This document shows, piece by piece, positions 38,612 to 48,221 of a stretch of DNA of 64,000 bases. A program made the translations under genes and the position numbers. Each line of letters begins with the position of its first letter. The first letter of the stretch is position 1. The stretch is taken from NCBI GenBank assembly GCA_052035175.1, contig JBPOHV010000001.1:169569-233568 (forward strand), read 5' to 3'. The DNA comes from a candidate division WWE3 bacterium. Its GTDB lineage: Bacteria > Patescibacteriota > WWE3 > UBA101185 > UBA10185. The notes beneath the pieces are model-generated. The model was not told the origin of the DNA and searched no databases. It worked only from the letters and a program-made list of their open reading frames with translations.

Positions 38612-39625
38612 TTATTTAGAAGTAAAAGCTGAGGTATAAGGAATAGAACTATTTGAGGTGCTACTCATTGGTGGTATAACTGTGGCATTTTCTCTACACC
38701 AATTAGCGCACTCACTATCGTTCATGCATACCATCATAACATCCTCGTTATTTTCATGCAGATCTATTGCATTAACTGGTGCAATTAATAATCCATACAT
38801 CATAAGTATTGATATCACACTTATTCCTATACGGAGAAATGAAACTTTTGGGTAAACTGCTCTCTGCTCAATCAAGGCTTTTATTCTCAATTCCAATGTA
38901 TCCCATTCAGCAAGAGAAGTTGCAAGTACGAATACTGGTGTGGGAGTACAACACATTAATTTCTTAAGGACTGAAACAAGTGATTCGTTTCCATTCATTG
39001 CTTGAGTAACCGCATGATCAGCGTTGACCTCTCTTTGTATTTGGTAGTGCTTGATAATATCAATCAGTATTGGAAGAAATGGGAACAGCGAGTGTGTCAT
39101 TGATGCCAATAAATGAGTCAGGCTATCTCGATGTTCTAGATGGTATTTTTCATGGTGAAGGACAGCCTCAAGTTCGCTCATGGTGGTCAATGCCAAAAGT
39201 CTAGTTGAAATATAAATTTTAGGGTTCCGGATGCCAAAACAAAATGCAAATGGTTTGTTATCGTTTATAACGAATACTTTGTTAAGTAAGTTTATCTTTT
39301 TTATTAAAGTACTGTAGCGTATAGGCAATGGTTGGGTTTGCAAGGCTTTTCTAAAGAAATAAATTCTGGTAATGGTATAAGCTAATTTAAGGAATACTAT
39401 CCCTACCATTAGGATTCCTATGATAAATATAAACGGACCAACCTCCTTGGGTATTTGAATAGAGAATGACCGAAGCATCTCTTGGCAGTAGTAAACAGTC
39501 TTATGGAGAAAAAGAGGCAGGTATTTTTGAATAATGACCTTTACTGAAAGGACTAATATCCCAAAGAGTCCAGAAAAAATAATTAAGTGCTTATGCTTTT
39601 TTATCATATTGATCCAAAAGCTCAA
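38612..39625 (-). CDS. BlaR1/MecR1-family M56 signal-transducing metalloprotease lacking a penicillin-binding sensor domain
   Basis: 4 TM helices. 'HEKYHLEHRD' HExxH gluzincin motif in the expected loop. Short Cys-containing C-terminal tail instead of a transpeptidase-like sensor. Confidence 0.6.
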   Translation of the reverse strand: MSFWINMIKKHKHLIIFSGLFGILVLSVKVIIQKYLPLFLHKTVYYCQEMLRSFSIQIPKEVGPFIFIIGILMVGIVFLKLAYTITRIYFFRKALQTQPLPIRYSTLIKKINLLNKVFVINDNKPFAFCFGIRNPKIYISTRLLALTTMSELEAVLHHEKYHLEHRDSLTHLLASMTHSLFPFLPILIDIIKHYQIQREVNADHAVTQAMNGNESLVSVLKKLMCCTPTPVFVLATSLAEWDTLELRIKALIEQRAVYPKVSFLRIGISVISILMMYGLLIAPVNAIDLHENNEDVMMVCMNDSECANWCRENATVIPPMSSTSNSSIPYTSAFTSK

Positions 39626-39971
39626 GGAAATATTTCCGTTTTGCTTCAGGCAAACTATCTACTGACTGCGCAAACGAGGCAATTGCTATATCACCAAATG
39701 AGGTAACAAGTTTTTGCATAAACGACTGGGCAATGTTTCTGCTATATCGCTCTTTTGAAACTCTCGCGCTATACATAATTGTGCCTTGGTCCTCAATTTT
39801 TTTAACCAATCCTTTGTCATGAAGTCTTTGCAAAACTGTTGCTATTGTCGTGTATGCCAGTTGTCTAGTTTGATTTATTATTTCTAATACATCTCTAACT
39901 GAGCAGTTTTCTTGCTCCCACACGACGCTCATAACTTCTTGTTCAAGGTTGCTTAATGTTTTAGCTGTCAT
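39591..39971 (-). CDS. BlaI/MecI/CopY family transcriptional repressor
   Basis: Winged-helix 'SNLEQEVMSVVWEQENCSVRDVLEII...AYTTIATVLQRLHDKGLV', typical of penicillinase-repressor/CopY family. Confidence 0.7.
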   Translation of the reverse strand: MTAKTLSNLEQEVMSVVWEQENCSVRDVLEIINQTRQLAYTTIATVLQRLHDKGLVKKIEDQGTIMYSARVSKERYSRNIAQSFMQKLVTSFGDIAIASFAQSVDSLPEAKRKYFLELLDQYDKKA

Positions 39972-40053
39972 ACTACTACAGATTGTAGTTGCTATTCAAA
40001 AAATATTCAAGTTAAGGATTATAAATGATCCTTATGACTGTTCTAATCTGCAC

Positions 40054-40827
40054 TTATGGATCTTTAGGCTCCACTTTCTGTAATGTATCTCTGGTTAGTC
40101 CTTTTGTTTTTATTAGTTCCCTTGTTGAAAGGTAAAAATGTAGCCTTGCTTCATCCTCAAGCTTCTTTCGAATCTCTTTATGCAAATAGTTTTTTGACCG
40201 ATCATCTGGGCAGACAAAAATAATTTCTGGGAATGGTTTATCAGTGTGATCCTGCCAGTACTCATTCTCGTAATAGTCAAAATATTGCTTAACTCGCTTA
40301 TAAAGAACATTTTTCGGTGGTAATTCATCAAAGATATCAAGGAAGTATCTTTTTGTTCTCCCATTTGCTTCTTCGATTGAAAAATAAGCATCGGGATTGG
40401 GCAGGATAAGATACTGCATATCATCTAAATCCACTTTGGTATAAAAATTCAGTTTGGCTTTGGTTTTGTTAGTGAGTTCAACTAAAGAAAGATAAATATC
40501 TGCTACAAACAAACAGTGGTTTTTAAACTGTGTTGATAGCGTTGGTTCCCTCCAAACTCGATCCAAAAGCTCAGGCTTCACTGTACTGAATTTGTCTGGA
40601 TTACTCTTCAAATACTTTCTGCCTTTTAATCCTAATGAATACAGAGCTGGTATGGTAACTGTTTTGGGATTGTAATAACGTCTGATGTGTCCAGATTCGG
40701 TTAGTTCGTTGAGCCAGATGATAATGCGGTTGAAGTGTTTGTGATGGAGTAGATGTTGGATGTGAATACGGTGTAAGAAACGGAAGCGATAGAGATAATT
40801 AAATATGTTGTCGTGTTGGTTGTTCAT
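40054..40827 (-). CDS. putative replication-relaxation family protein (relaxosome candidate)
   Basis: Basic/His-rich N-terminal wHTH-like region. Position immediately downstream of the coupling protein. No HUH motif seen. Confidence 0.3.
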   Translation of the reverse strand: MNNQHDNIFNYLYRFRFLHRIHIQHLLHHKHFNRIIIWLNELTESGHIRRYYNPKTVTIPALYSLGLKGRKYLKSNPDKFSTVKPELLDRVWREPTLSTQFKNHCLFVADIYLSLVELTNKTKAKLNFYTKVDLDDMQYLILPNPDAYFSIEEANGRTKRYFLDIFDELPPKNVLYKRVKQYFDYYENEYWQDHTDKPFPEIIFVCPDDRSKNYLHKEIRKKLEDEARLHFYLSTRELIKTKGLTRDTLQKVEPKDP

Positions 40828-40956
40828 AAATAAAGATAGTAAAAATAATAAATACTTAGACTTTCATTCCTTCTCCTTATATATAAGGATATAGAGGTAG
40901 TACATTTCCATATTCCAGCCTTAAAATCAACCAATTCCAGTGTAAACACGCTTACA

Positions 40957-43503
40957 CTAACTCAAGGTATCTACATCCGTATAAAGTGTAGGCTGATTAC
41001 CATGTTTCTTCTCAGTTTTTGACTCAGATCGTATCGTAGTTTGTACAACGGGACTTTTATACTCGACAGCAAAGTTCTTTCGTGAGGCTTCAATCACTTC
41101 GTTTGCTTTTTGCATATTTTCTTCAATCTTGACAGGAATAGTAACCCCCGAAAACGGCTCTTCTGGATTAAGTGCGCCAAGTCTTATATAGAAATGGTAT
41201 GAAGGTAAACTGGCTATTTCTCCTTGTTCAATATATGGCCTAAACTGTGGCAAGATCATTCGTTCGTCTTCTGGGTTTGCAGTCCTAAAACAAATAACTG
41301 TTCCTGTATTAGCCAGGGTTACATTTACAAGTGACGTTTCTTCGAGTTGTGAAGTTGTTTGATGGGCAAGGATTGCGCCTAACCTATATTTTCTTGCTTC
41401 CGAAAGAATTTGCGCAAATGCAGGTGTGGCAAAGTTTTGGAACTCGTCAACATATAAATAGAAGTCTTTTCTTTGCTCTTGAGGGATCCTAGCTCTCTTT
41501 AAAGCTGCAAGTTGAATCTTGGCCATAATCAATACTCCAAATACCTCTGAGTTATCTTCTCCAATCTTTCCTTTGGAGAGATTGCACAAGAGTATTTTGC
41601 CTTCGTTGAGAATCGTGTCAAAGTTGACAGTCGATTTACCTTGTTCAAGTATTCTCTTGGCAGTTGGAGAAAACAGAAACCGCCCAATCTTATTTGTAAT
41701 CGGAGAGATCATTTTCACTTTCTGATAATCACCAGCCTTGGCAAACTCATACTTCCAAAAGTCTTTCAGGTTTTCATCAACGATGTTTTTAGTGACCGAA
41801 TTTCTGTAGGGTGTATTGATAAGTAACTTGTAGACAGTAAACAGTGTGGCATCTGGAACTGTAAAGGCAGTATGAATAGTATTTCGGAGGATATATTCCA
41901 TTCTCGGTCCAGAGTACTTATCAGAGTAGATTTTATGGAACACAGAGATAATGCTTTCTGCAATAAATTCTTTTTCTCTCACGGCATCTTCCGCACTTAA
42001 TCCTTGGGTTAATTCGAGTAAATTAATCCCCATCGGATAGCTAATGTCGTCTGGATTAAAGTACACAACATCTGGTATTCGCTTTGTAGGAATAGTTGAT
42101 AAGGCTTGTTCTATTAAATCTCCATGCGGATCTATCACACATAGACCTTTGCCGTTATGAATATCTTGATTAATCATGGATAAGAGCATGGTTGATTTAC
42201 CTGTGCCCGTAGCTCCCAAAATATATACATGTCGCCTTCTTTCATCTAAAGATAACCCGATATTTGTACTACTTCCTCCATAGGTATTTTTGGCAAATAT
42301 AATGTCTAAATCCTGAGCACGCTTGAGTGAAACCGGAGCTGGAAGTTCTTTACTGTGCAGTTTAACCAAGTCTTCAGTTTTAGTTGTACTCGTAAATGGC
42401 AAATGATAGATATCACTTATTTCTGAAACTGAAAGAATAGAATTGCTAAAAATACCAAGCAACCTATTTCTGAAAAGAAATGTCTTTAATGTTTTTATTA
42501 ACCTCAGTTTGATGTGCAATGACGGAATGATTGCCTGATATCCAGAATTACCAAAGGAAGAAAGAGCTGAAATGAACCCTCGTTCTCTTTTGCGAATTTC
42601 AGCGTAGTTGTTTCCCACAATGAGTAAGCGAATAGAAGTAGTAAATAATTGTTGATCTAGCTTTTCTTTTACCAACTGCTCAAGCTCCATTTGATAGGGA
42701 TTATCAGTTTTCTTTTGATTTCTATTTAGGAAAAAAGACCAGAATGGTTTTCTTTTAATATTCTTCAAAAGATCACTGTTTGAATAAATAAGTTGTGAGA
42801 TTCGAGAGATATCTTTTACCAAAGATTTGGTTACTGGCGATACCACCAACTGGAAAGATACTAATTCATTTTCTTCCAGCTTGGTCATACTTCCTGTGGT
42901 GTAAGCAATGGGATCGTGTTTCTCTAAGACGGCTTGCTTCTTTAAGGGAAAGGCAAAGTGGTTTGATAATTTAAATTCTGTGATTTTAAGTAAGGACTTT
43001 CCAATGCCGCCAAAACCGTAATCATCAACTTCTTTAACACTCACTCCTGGAAGATATGAAAATAGACTCTTTTTCAGTAAGTCCGCATCTTCAGACACGA
43101 TCCGAATCAAATATCTGATTCCTTGGTCTTTTGTCGCCACAATCTCGAATGAATAGCTATTACTAAGTCCTAATACTCTCGACCAAAAAGTTCGCTGACG
43201 AGCCAGACCATGAATGAGGTTAAATAATTCCTGTGTAGTATATGGACTTTGTTCTGTGGTCTTGAGCGGTTTGACTTCAAGGATAGTGTAGTTTTGTCTC
43301 AGTTGCAGTTTTATGTGAAACAACTTAAACAGAAGGAGTAAATCGAGTGCAATAAGTAGAGCCAAGAGAAGATATACAAAAACAATAGACACAAGAGGCC
43401 AGGATCCAGAAATGTGTACTTGAGAAAGAAATGAAGAAACTTGCGGAAAAAGTTTAGAAAAAAGAATATTGTTAGTGAATAGTTCTTGTAATCCTGTATT
43501 CAT
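40957..43503 (-). CDS. type IV coupling protein (VirD4/TraG/TcpA-like)
   Basis: Two N-terminal TM helices. Walker A 'GATGTGKST'. Walker B 'LYVDEFQNF'. 'AHQTTSQL' motif typical of TraG/TrwB ATPases. Confidence 0.75.
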   Translation of the reverse strand: MNTGLQELFTNNILFSKLFPQVSSFLSQVHISGSWPLVSIVFVYLLLALLIALDLLLLFKLFHIKLQLRQNYTILEVKPLKTTEQSPYTTQELFNLIHGLARQRTFWSRVLGLSNSYSFEIVATKDQGIRYLIRIVSEDADLLKKSLFSYLPGVSVKEVDDYGFGGIGKSLLKITEFKLSNHFAFPLKKQAVLEKHDPIAYTTGSMTKLEENELVSFQLVVSPVTKSLVKDISRISQLIYSNSDLLKNIKRKPFWSFFLNRNQKKTDNPYQMELEQLVKEKLDQQLFTTSIRLLIVGNNYAEIRKRERGFISALSSFGNSGYQAIIPSLHIKLRLIKTLKTFLFRNRLLGIFSNSILSVSEISDIYHLPFTSTTKTEDLVKLHSKELPAPVSLKRAQDLDIIFAKNTYGGSSTNIGLSLDERRRHVYILGATGTGKSTMLLSMINQDIHNGKGLCVIDPHGDLIEQALSTIPTKRIPDVVYFNPDDISYPMGINLLELTQGLSAEDAVREKEFIAESIISVFHKIYSDKYSGPRMEYILRNTIHTAFTVPDATLFTVYKLLINTPYRNSVTKNIVDENLKDFWKYEFAKAGDYQKVKMISPITNKIGRFLFSPTAKRILEQGKSTVNFDTILNEGKILLCNLSKGKIGEDNSEVFGVLIMAKIQLAALKRARIPQEQRKDFYLYVDEFQNFATPAFAQILSEARKYRLGAILAHQTTSQLEETSLVNVTLANTGTVICFRTANPEDERMILPQFRPYIEQGEIASLPSYHFYIRLGALNPEEPFSGVTIPVKIEENMQKANEVIEASRKNFAVEYKSPVVQTTIRSESKTEKKHGNQPTLYTDVDTLS

Positions 43504-43581
43504 GCCTACTTTTTTTAGGGCAACATGAGCAGGCTTATATTACTGAGGGAAGTATATATCAGGGTTAGTGTATTGGCAAAA

Positions 43582-43863
43582 TTATTTGCCTGAATCAGCC
43601 CTTGATGCAATTTTTTGAATTTTTTGAGCGATTTCTTCTTCAACACCTAAATCCCTAGTTACTATTGTAAGGGCACCGTACATGAGCTCTGACCGACTCG
43701 TCTCCTCTGGAAGATTGAGCATCTGAGCTAATACTCCAAAAGAATGATCAATTAAAAATTGATTTGGAGAGTGATCAAGAAGCAATAGCATGCACTGTCC
43801 CAGTTGATGAGAGATACCTTGTGCAGGGGTTTCTGTACCTCTCCTATTTGCTTCTAATGGCAT
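43582..43863 (-). CDS. hypothetical small protein
   Basis: 93-aa ORF upstream of the coupling protein gene. Confidence 0.3.
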   Translation of the reverse strand: MPLEANRRGTETPAQGISHQLGQCMLLLLDHSPNQFLIDHSFGVLAQMLNLPEETSRSELMYGALTIVTRDLGVEEEIAQKIQKIASRADSGK

Positions 43864-43993
43864 ATTATTACCTCGTTAGCCAAGTATTATATATCCTGGT
43901 CAAAACATTTTATAGGCTCTTGACAAGGTTATCTCAAAATATTATATTATCTATATATGGATAGTGTAAATTAAAGATTTATCTGATTTTGAT

Positions 43994-44170
43994 ATGGGAA
44001 GAGCAATACGTAAGGTAACTACAACTAAAAGAAAATCTCCGAAAACCCCTACTCCTTTATTGTCTCTTGAAGAGCAACTGAAAGTTTTTGCCAATGTTAT
44101 CGTAGATAGAATCTTAGAAGAACAGCAAAACGGCAATGTTTTATTGAGTAAGGAGAAACAGCATGGATAA
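43994..44170 (+). CDS. small basic protein, possible excisionase / recombination directionality factor
   Basis: 58-aa ORF absent from the ORF track. Its stop overlaps the recombinase ATG (44163). Confidence 0.3.
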   Translation: MGRAIRKVTTTKRKSPKTPTPLLSLEEQLKVFANVIVDRILEEQQNGNVLLSKEKQHG

Positions 44171-45848
44171 TGTAGCACGCCAAGAAAATGCGGTTGCAGC
44201 AATTCGAGTATCTTCTATTAAACAAGGCCTACAAGGCGATTCTCCAGAGCACCAAAAGGAGCAGATAGAACGCTTCGCCCAGGCTCATAATATTCATATT
44301 AAGAAATTCTTTATTTTCATGGAATCGGCTTCAAAAGAGGAACAGCCAGTCCAAGAAGCTATAGATTATTGTAAAAGTTCAAAAAATAACATTCAACTTT
44401 TCGTTATCAAATCTATAGATAGATTTACCCGCGGGGGTTCATACCTCTATGACCATTTAAAGATGCAACTAGTGAAATACAACGTTCAACTAGTGGATAT
44501 TTACGGGGTAATTGGTAGTCAGGAAGTAAACACCCTTGAACATTTGGGGATTGAATATGACTGGAGTATATATAGTCCAACCAAAAAGTCAGAAATCCTT
44601 GAAGCCGAAAGAGCAAAAGATGAGATGCGAGATATTATGACCAGAATGATTGGTGCAGAAATTCGCTATGTCCGATTGGGATTTAGAGTTCGGCGTGCTC
44701 CCTACGGTTATATGAACGAAAAAGTTGAAACCTCACATGGTAAACGAGTTATTCTAAAACCCCACCCCGAAGAATCACAGTGGATTTTAAAAATGTATGA
44801 ACTTCGTTGTCGAGGTACGATGACTGATCAGCAGATTGTAGACGAAATAAATACATTGGGTTTTCGTTCTAGAAAACAATATAGACGAAATCCTCAAGAC
44901 AGGACTAAAGTCATCGGTGAAACAGGTGGAAATAAACTTATCCTTAAACAATTCTGGCGTTACGTTGAAAGTCCTATCTATGCAGGGGTAAATGTTGAGA
45001 AATGGACAAATGGTCAGCCAATAAAGGGTAAGTTTCAAGGTTTAGTACCTATTGAAATGTATAACAAAGCAAACAAAGGCAAAGTCACTCTCACAGAAGA
45101 AGCTGGTGAAGTACGATTATGGAAAAGAAAGCCAGCAGAATGGTACATAAAGAAAGATCCAAACAATCCAGCATTTCCCTATAAAAAGTATGTCACCTGC
45201 ACTCACTGTCAGAAACCTTTTTTTGGAAGTACTTCAAAGGGTAAAAGATTAAGATATTCTGCATACCATTGTAATAGGGGGCATAAATACTACCGTGTAC
45301 CAGTAAGTGAATTTAACGAAACTATTGAGACCTTCGTAAAGGGTGTAAAGCTAAATATGACCCCTGAATATATTGAAGAACTGAAAAAGTATGTTCTAGA
45401 GGCTTGGAATAGCCGTACGGAAGGAATTAAAAAGGATGCAGTAAACATTGATACAAAAATTCAGGAACTACAAATGGCATCGAAAGCTACCGCAGATAAG
45501 ATACGCTTTCTCAGTTCAGAAGTAGCCATCAAATATATGGAAGACGATTTAGTAAAGATTGATGGGGAAATAAAGCAATTAGAAGAAACAAAGGTTCAAA
45601 AAGATACAAAATCTACAAATATGGAGTTAGTGATGAAATACATAGAATACTTTTTGGAACACCTTGAAGATTTATTGCTGGGAAGCCCAAACCCTCTTAA
45701 AAGAGCTGCCTACTTTGGCCTACTCTTCGATGGACTGCCTACATATCAAGATTTGTGTTTTGGAACACCTAAATTAGCACCATATTTAGGACTAAAACAG
45801 CAGTTTGCTACTGCCTTACTCCCTAATGGTGACCCCACGGGGAGTTGA
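44163..45848 (+). CDS. large serine recombinase (integrase)
   Basis: N-terminal resolvase domain with catalytic Ser context 'AAIRVSSIKQG'. Recombinase domain, then zinc ribbon 'CTHC...YHCNRGH', then coiled-coil. The 3' end runs 22 nt into tRNA-Glu. Confidence 0.8.
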   Translation: MDNVARQENAVAAIRVSSIKQGLQGDSPEHQKEQIERFAQAHNIHIKKFFIFMESASKEEQPVQEAIDYCKSSKNNIQLFVIKSIDRFTRGGSYLYDHLKMQLVKYNVQLVDIYGVIGSQEVNTLEHLGIEYDWSIYSPTKKSEILEAERAKDEMRDIMTRMIGAEIRYVRLGFRVRRAPYGYMNEKVETSHGKRVILKPHPEESQWILKMYELRCRGTMTDQQIVDEINTLGFRSRKQYRRNPQDRTKVIGETGGNKLILKQFWRYVESPIYAGVNVEKWTNGQPIKGKFQGLVPIEMYNKANKGKVTLTEEAGEVRLWKRKPAEWYIKKDPNNPAFPYKKYVTCTHCQKPFFGSTSKGKRLRYSAYHCNRGHKYYRVPVSEFNETIETFVKGVKLNMTPEYIEELKKYVLEAWNSRTEGIKKDAVNIDTKIQELQMASKATADKIRFLSSEVAIKYMEDDLVKIDGEIKQLEETKVQKDTKSTNMELVMKYIEYFLEHLEDLLLGSPNPLKRAAYFGLLFDGLPTYQDLCFGTPKLAPYLGLKQQFATALLPNGDPTGS

Positions 45849-45901
45849 ACCCCGATTACCAGATTGAGAATCTGGTGTCCTAACCGCTAGACGATGGGGC
45901 C
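45827..45901 (-). tRNA. tRNA-Glu (anticodon CUC)
   Basis: Reverse complement folds as a cloverleaf. Acceptor GGCCCCA/UGGGGUC, D-arm GTCT..GGAC, anticodon stem CCAGA/TCTGG with loop TTCTCAA, T-arm GGGGT-TCAACTC-CCCGT (first T-stem pair G·T), encoded CCA. Confidence 0.85.
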
Positions 45902-45973
45902 AAAGCTTTGGCAGCTAATGCTTTAACAACAGGATTTTACCATATAGGCTTGTCGAGTATATAATAGTATTAC

Positions 45974-46393
45974 ATGGCACTGAGTTTTAAAAACAATATA
46001 TTAATAGTCACATTACTTTCGTGTGTATTGGCTTTGACATACGCAAATTTTTCATCATACCGCCCCAAAATACTCAAAAGAGTGCAAGAAGTAAAAGGCT
46101 CTCACACACAGATTTTGCGCACATTACCGTATCCAGAAAACTCTCAAAACATTTCTACAAATGAGAACTCAGATTCTATTCAGATGACTTTTGAAACACA
46201 ACGCACGCCCGATGCGTTGCAGCAATTTTATAAAACTATTTTGCTCGACGATGATTGGATTTTGATCTCTGAGTACATAACACAAGACTCACAAATTGCA
46301 ACGTATGAATCGGAAAATCAGAAGATTGATATCAAAGCAACTACTGCGACAGATAAATCTACAATTGCCAGCATCGAAATTGTTGGTAGGTGA
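45974..46393 (+). CDS. secreted hypothetical protein
   Basis: N-terminal signal peptide, no motif. Confidence 0.35.
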   Translation: MALSFKNNILIVTLLSCVLALTYANFSSYRPKILKRVQEVKGSHTQILRTLPYPENSQNISTNENSDSIQMTFETQRTPDALQQFYKTILLDDDWILISEYITQDSQIATYESENQKIDIKATTATDKSTIASIEIVGR

Positions 46394-46448
46394 CATTTTC
46401 AATGAAGAAATACTAATGTAAGAAAGAAATGGTTTATGTTTCAGCTAT

Positions 46449-48221
46449 TTATTTTTTAGTTCCTACCAAAAACACAGCTCTCCAAGGTTGATAGCGTGTA
46501 GTGTATGTATCTGTATTTATTGTTTCACCATCTCTAGTAACAGTGCGCGTGAAACTTACGGTTGCACCCCATGCACTAAAGTCGACTTGTTTAGTGACCC
46601 CTTTTGGTAGAGTTGGATCGTCTTGATACAACGCTTCTGGAGGAGCAGTTTGATTTGTAACAATTGGTTCTGTAAGTTCTACTTTTCTATCATCTGGTGT
46701 TCCATAAATCGTAAATTTTAAAGAATAGTCTTTGGGCTGCGCATCGGCTTGTATCAAAATATAATTTTGTGTGTCGTTTTTAAATTGAAAATCAAGCGAT
46801 GGTTGATAGACAGAAGCATCGAGTCCAAGCGGGCTTTCGATTTCATAATAACGTACGCGATATGCATGAGGGTATCTTGCTACTACTGGGAGTCCACTAT
46901 TTAACACTGCTCTAAATAATGTTGTAGATGTTTGACATACACCACCACCGTCTCCTAAAACTGTGCGTCCGTTACTTATTACATAAGCCGTAGCGTACCC
47001 TGTTGCTCTGCTGATTTCTCCCACAGATTTGTTAAAAGAGTAAGTTCCTCCTGGAGGAACCAATATTCCGTCTGTTCTTTCTGCTGCTAGTACAAGATTA
47101 TGTACGCGTTCTGTACCAGATCCTGTATATTTTGAAACACCTTCTCCTAGCTTTGCGAGTATGCCGTATTTTTCTTTTGTTGGGGCGTCAGTAGGTTTTG
47201 TCGAAATTGCAAGTGTCGCATCTTTAAAAGTTTTGAAGTATAGATCTTTGAATTCCTCTTTAAATTTGGTTTCGTCTATTTCTGTTCCTTGATCTATAAT
47301 TTCAAACTCAGTTACTTTATCGTCTTCTGTTTTTGTGACATGACCTTTGGGTAATTTGTTTACATCTTGTCCGATCAATTTTACAAATGCATCTAGCTTG
47401 GGTTTATTTATAGTGAGTAATACTTTATTATCTTTTTCTAATGTGAATTCAATAAAGTCTAACAATTGTTTTTTTTCTACTAATATCTTTTTATCATCAT
47501 AAGTTAGTGTGATAGTTTTGTTGACAATACTTTTGACATCATCGAGTAGAGGAGATATTTGTTGTTCTACAATAGTGGGGTTGTCGATATGTACTGGCAA
47601 AGTCTTTTTTGCAAAATCGAGCCTATTGTATGATTCGATTGCAATATTATATAAATCTTCTTTTGATACGCGTCGCCCGATTGTAGAAGGAGTTATTATA
47701 ATGTTTTCTTTTTCATCAAAAGCAACTTTTGAATTTTGACCTTCTTGATTTACTTCAGCCTTTATATACGAAAATTCTTTATCCAATAAATCTGTGTCAA
47801 TATCGTATCTTGTTGGTAGGTATAATGACTTGAATATTCCAGCAAATTTATCTTTTGTATCTATGAAAAAATCTTTTGTGCGGCCGACTTCAAAAGCTCG
47901 TGTAACGGCAGATTCCCAATCGTAAGAAAAGTTTACGTCTTGTGGTGTAATATCATAAGTTTTTGATTCAAATTCAAATGTAATAGTTTTGTCGAGTTGT
48001 TCTTCACTCTTCTTTAATAAATCTAGCGCTTGATAATATTTCATTCCTCCGACGTGGACATTTCCTATAACCACTCCAGGAATTATTCTTTTTGCAAATG
48101 CAGCATGATATATGCCTACCAATACTAAAACACCATAAAACAAAAAGATTGCTTTTGATACTTTTGTATTGTTAAGCGTAGTAACGCTAGGCCATTTTAT
48201 ATTAAATCTCTTTAACAACAT
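46449..48221 (-). CDS. VanW family protein
   Basis: TM anchor. C-terminal VanW-domain signature 'GGTYSFNKSVG...GDGGGVCQTSTTLFRA'. Confidence 0.65.
   Translation of the reverse strand: MLLKRFNIKWPSVTTLNNTKVSKAIFLFYGVLVLVGIYHAAFAKRIIPGVVIGNVHVGGMKYYQALDLLKKSEEQLDKTITFEFESKTYDITPQDVNFSYDWESAVTRAFEVGRTKDFFIDTKDKFAGIFKSLYLPTRYDIDTDLLDKEFSYIKAEVNQEGQNSKVAFDEKENIIITPSTIGRRVSKEDLYNIAIESYNRLDFAKKTLPVHIDNPTIVEQQISPLLDDVKSIVNKTITLTYDDKKILVEKKQLLDFIEFTLEKDNKVLLTINKPKLDAFVKLIGQDVNKLPKGHVTKTEDDKVTEFEIIDQGTEIDETKFKEEFKDLYFKTFKDATLAISTKPTDAPTKEKYGILAKLGEGVSKYTGSGTERVHNLVLAAERTDGILVPPGGTYSFNKSVGEISRATGYATAYVISNGRTVLGDGGGVCQTSTTLFRAVLNSGLPVVARYPHAYRVRYYEIESPLGLDASVYQPSLDFQFKNDTQNYILIQADAQPKDYSLKFTIYGTPDDRKVELTEPIVTNQTAPPEALYQDDPTLPKGVTKQVDFSAWGATVSFTRTVTRDGETINTDTYTTRYQPWRAVFLVGTKK

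Noticed and set aside
43951-44202. 83-aa minus-strand ORF overlapping the recombinase start region
   Set aside because: It overlaps both the recombinase start and the better-supported plus-strand 58-aa ORF. It is AT-rich low-complexity and has no motif.
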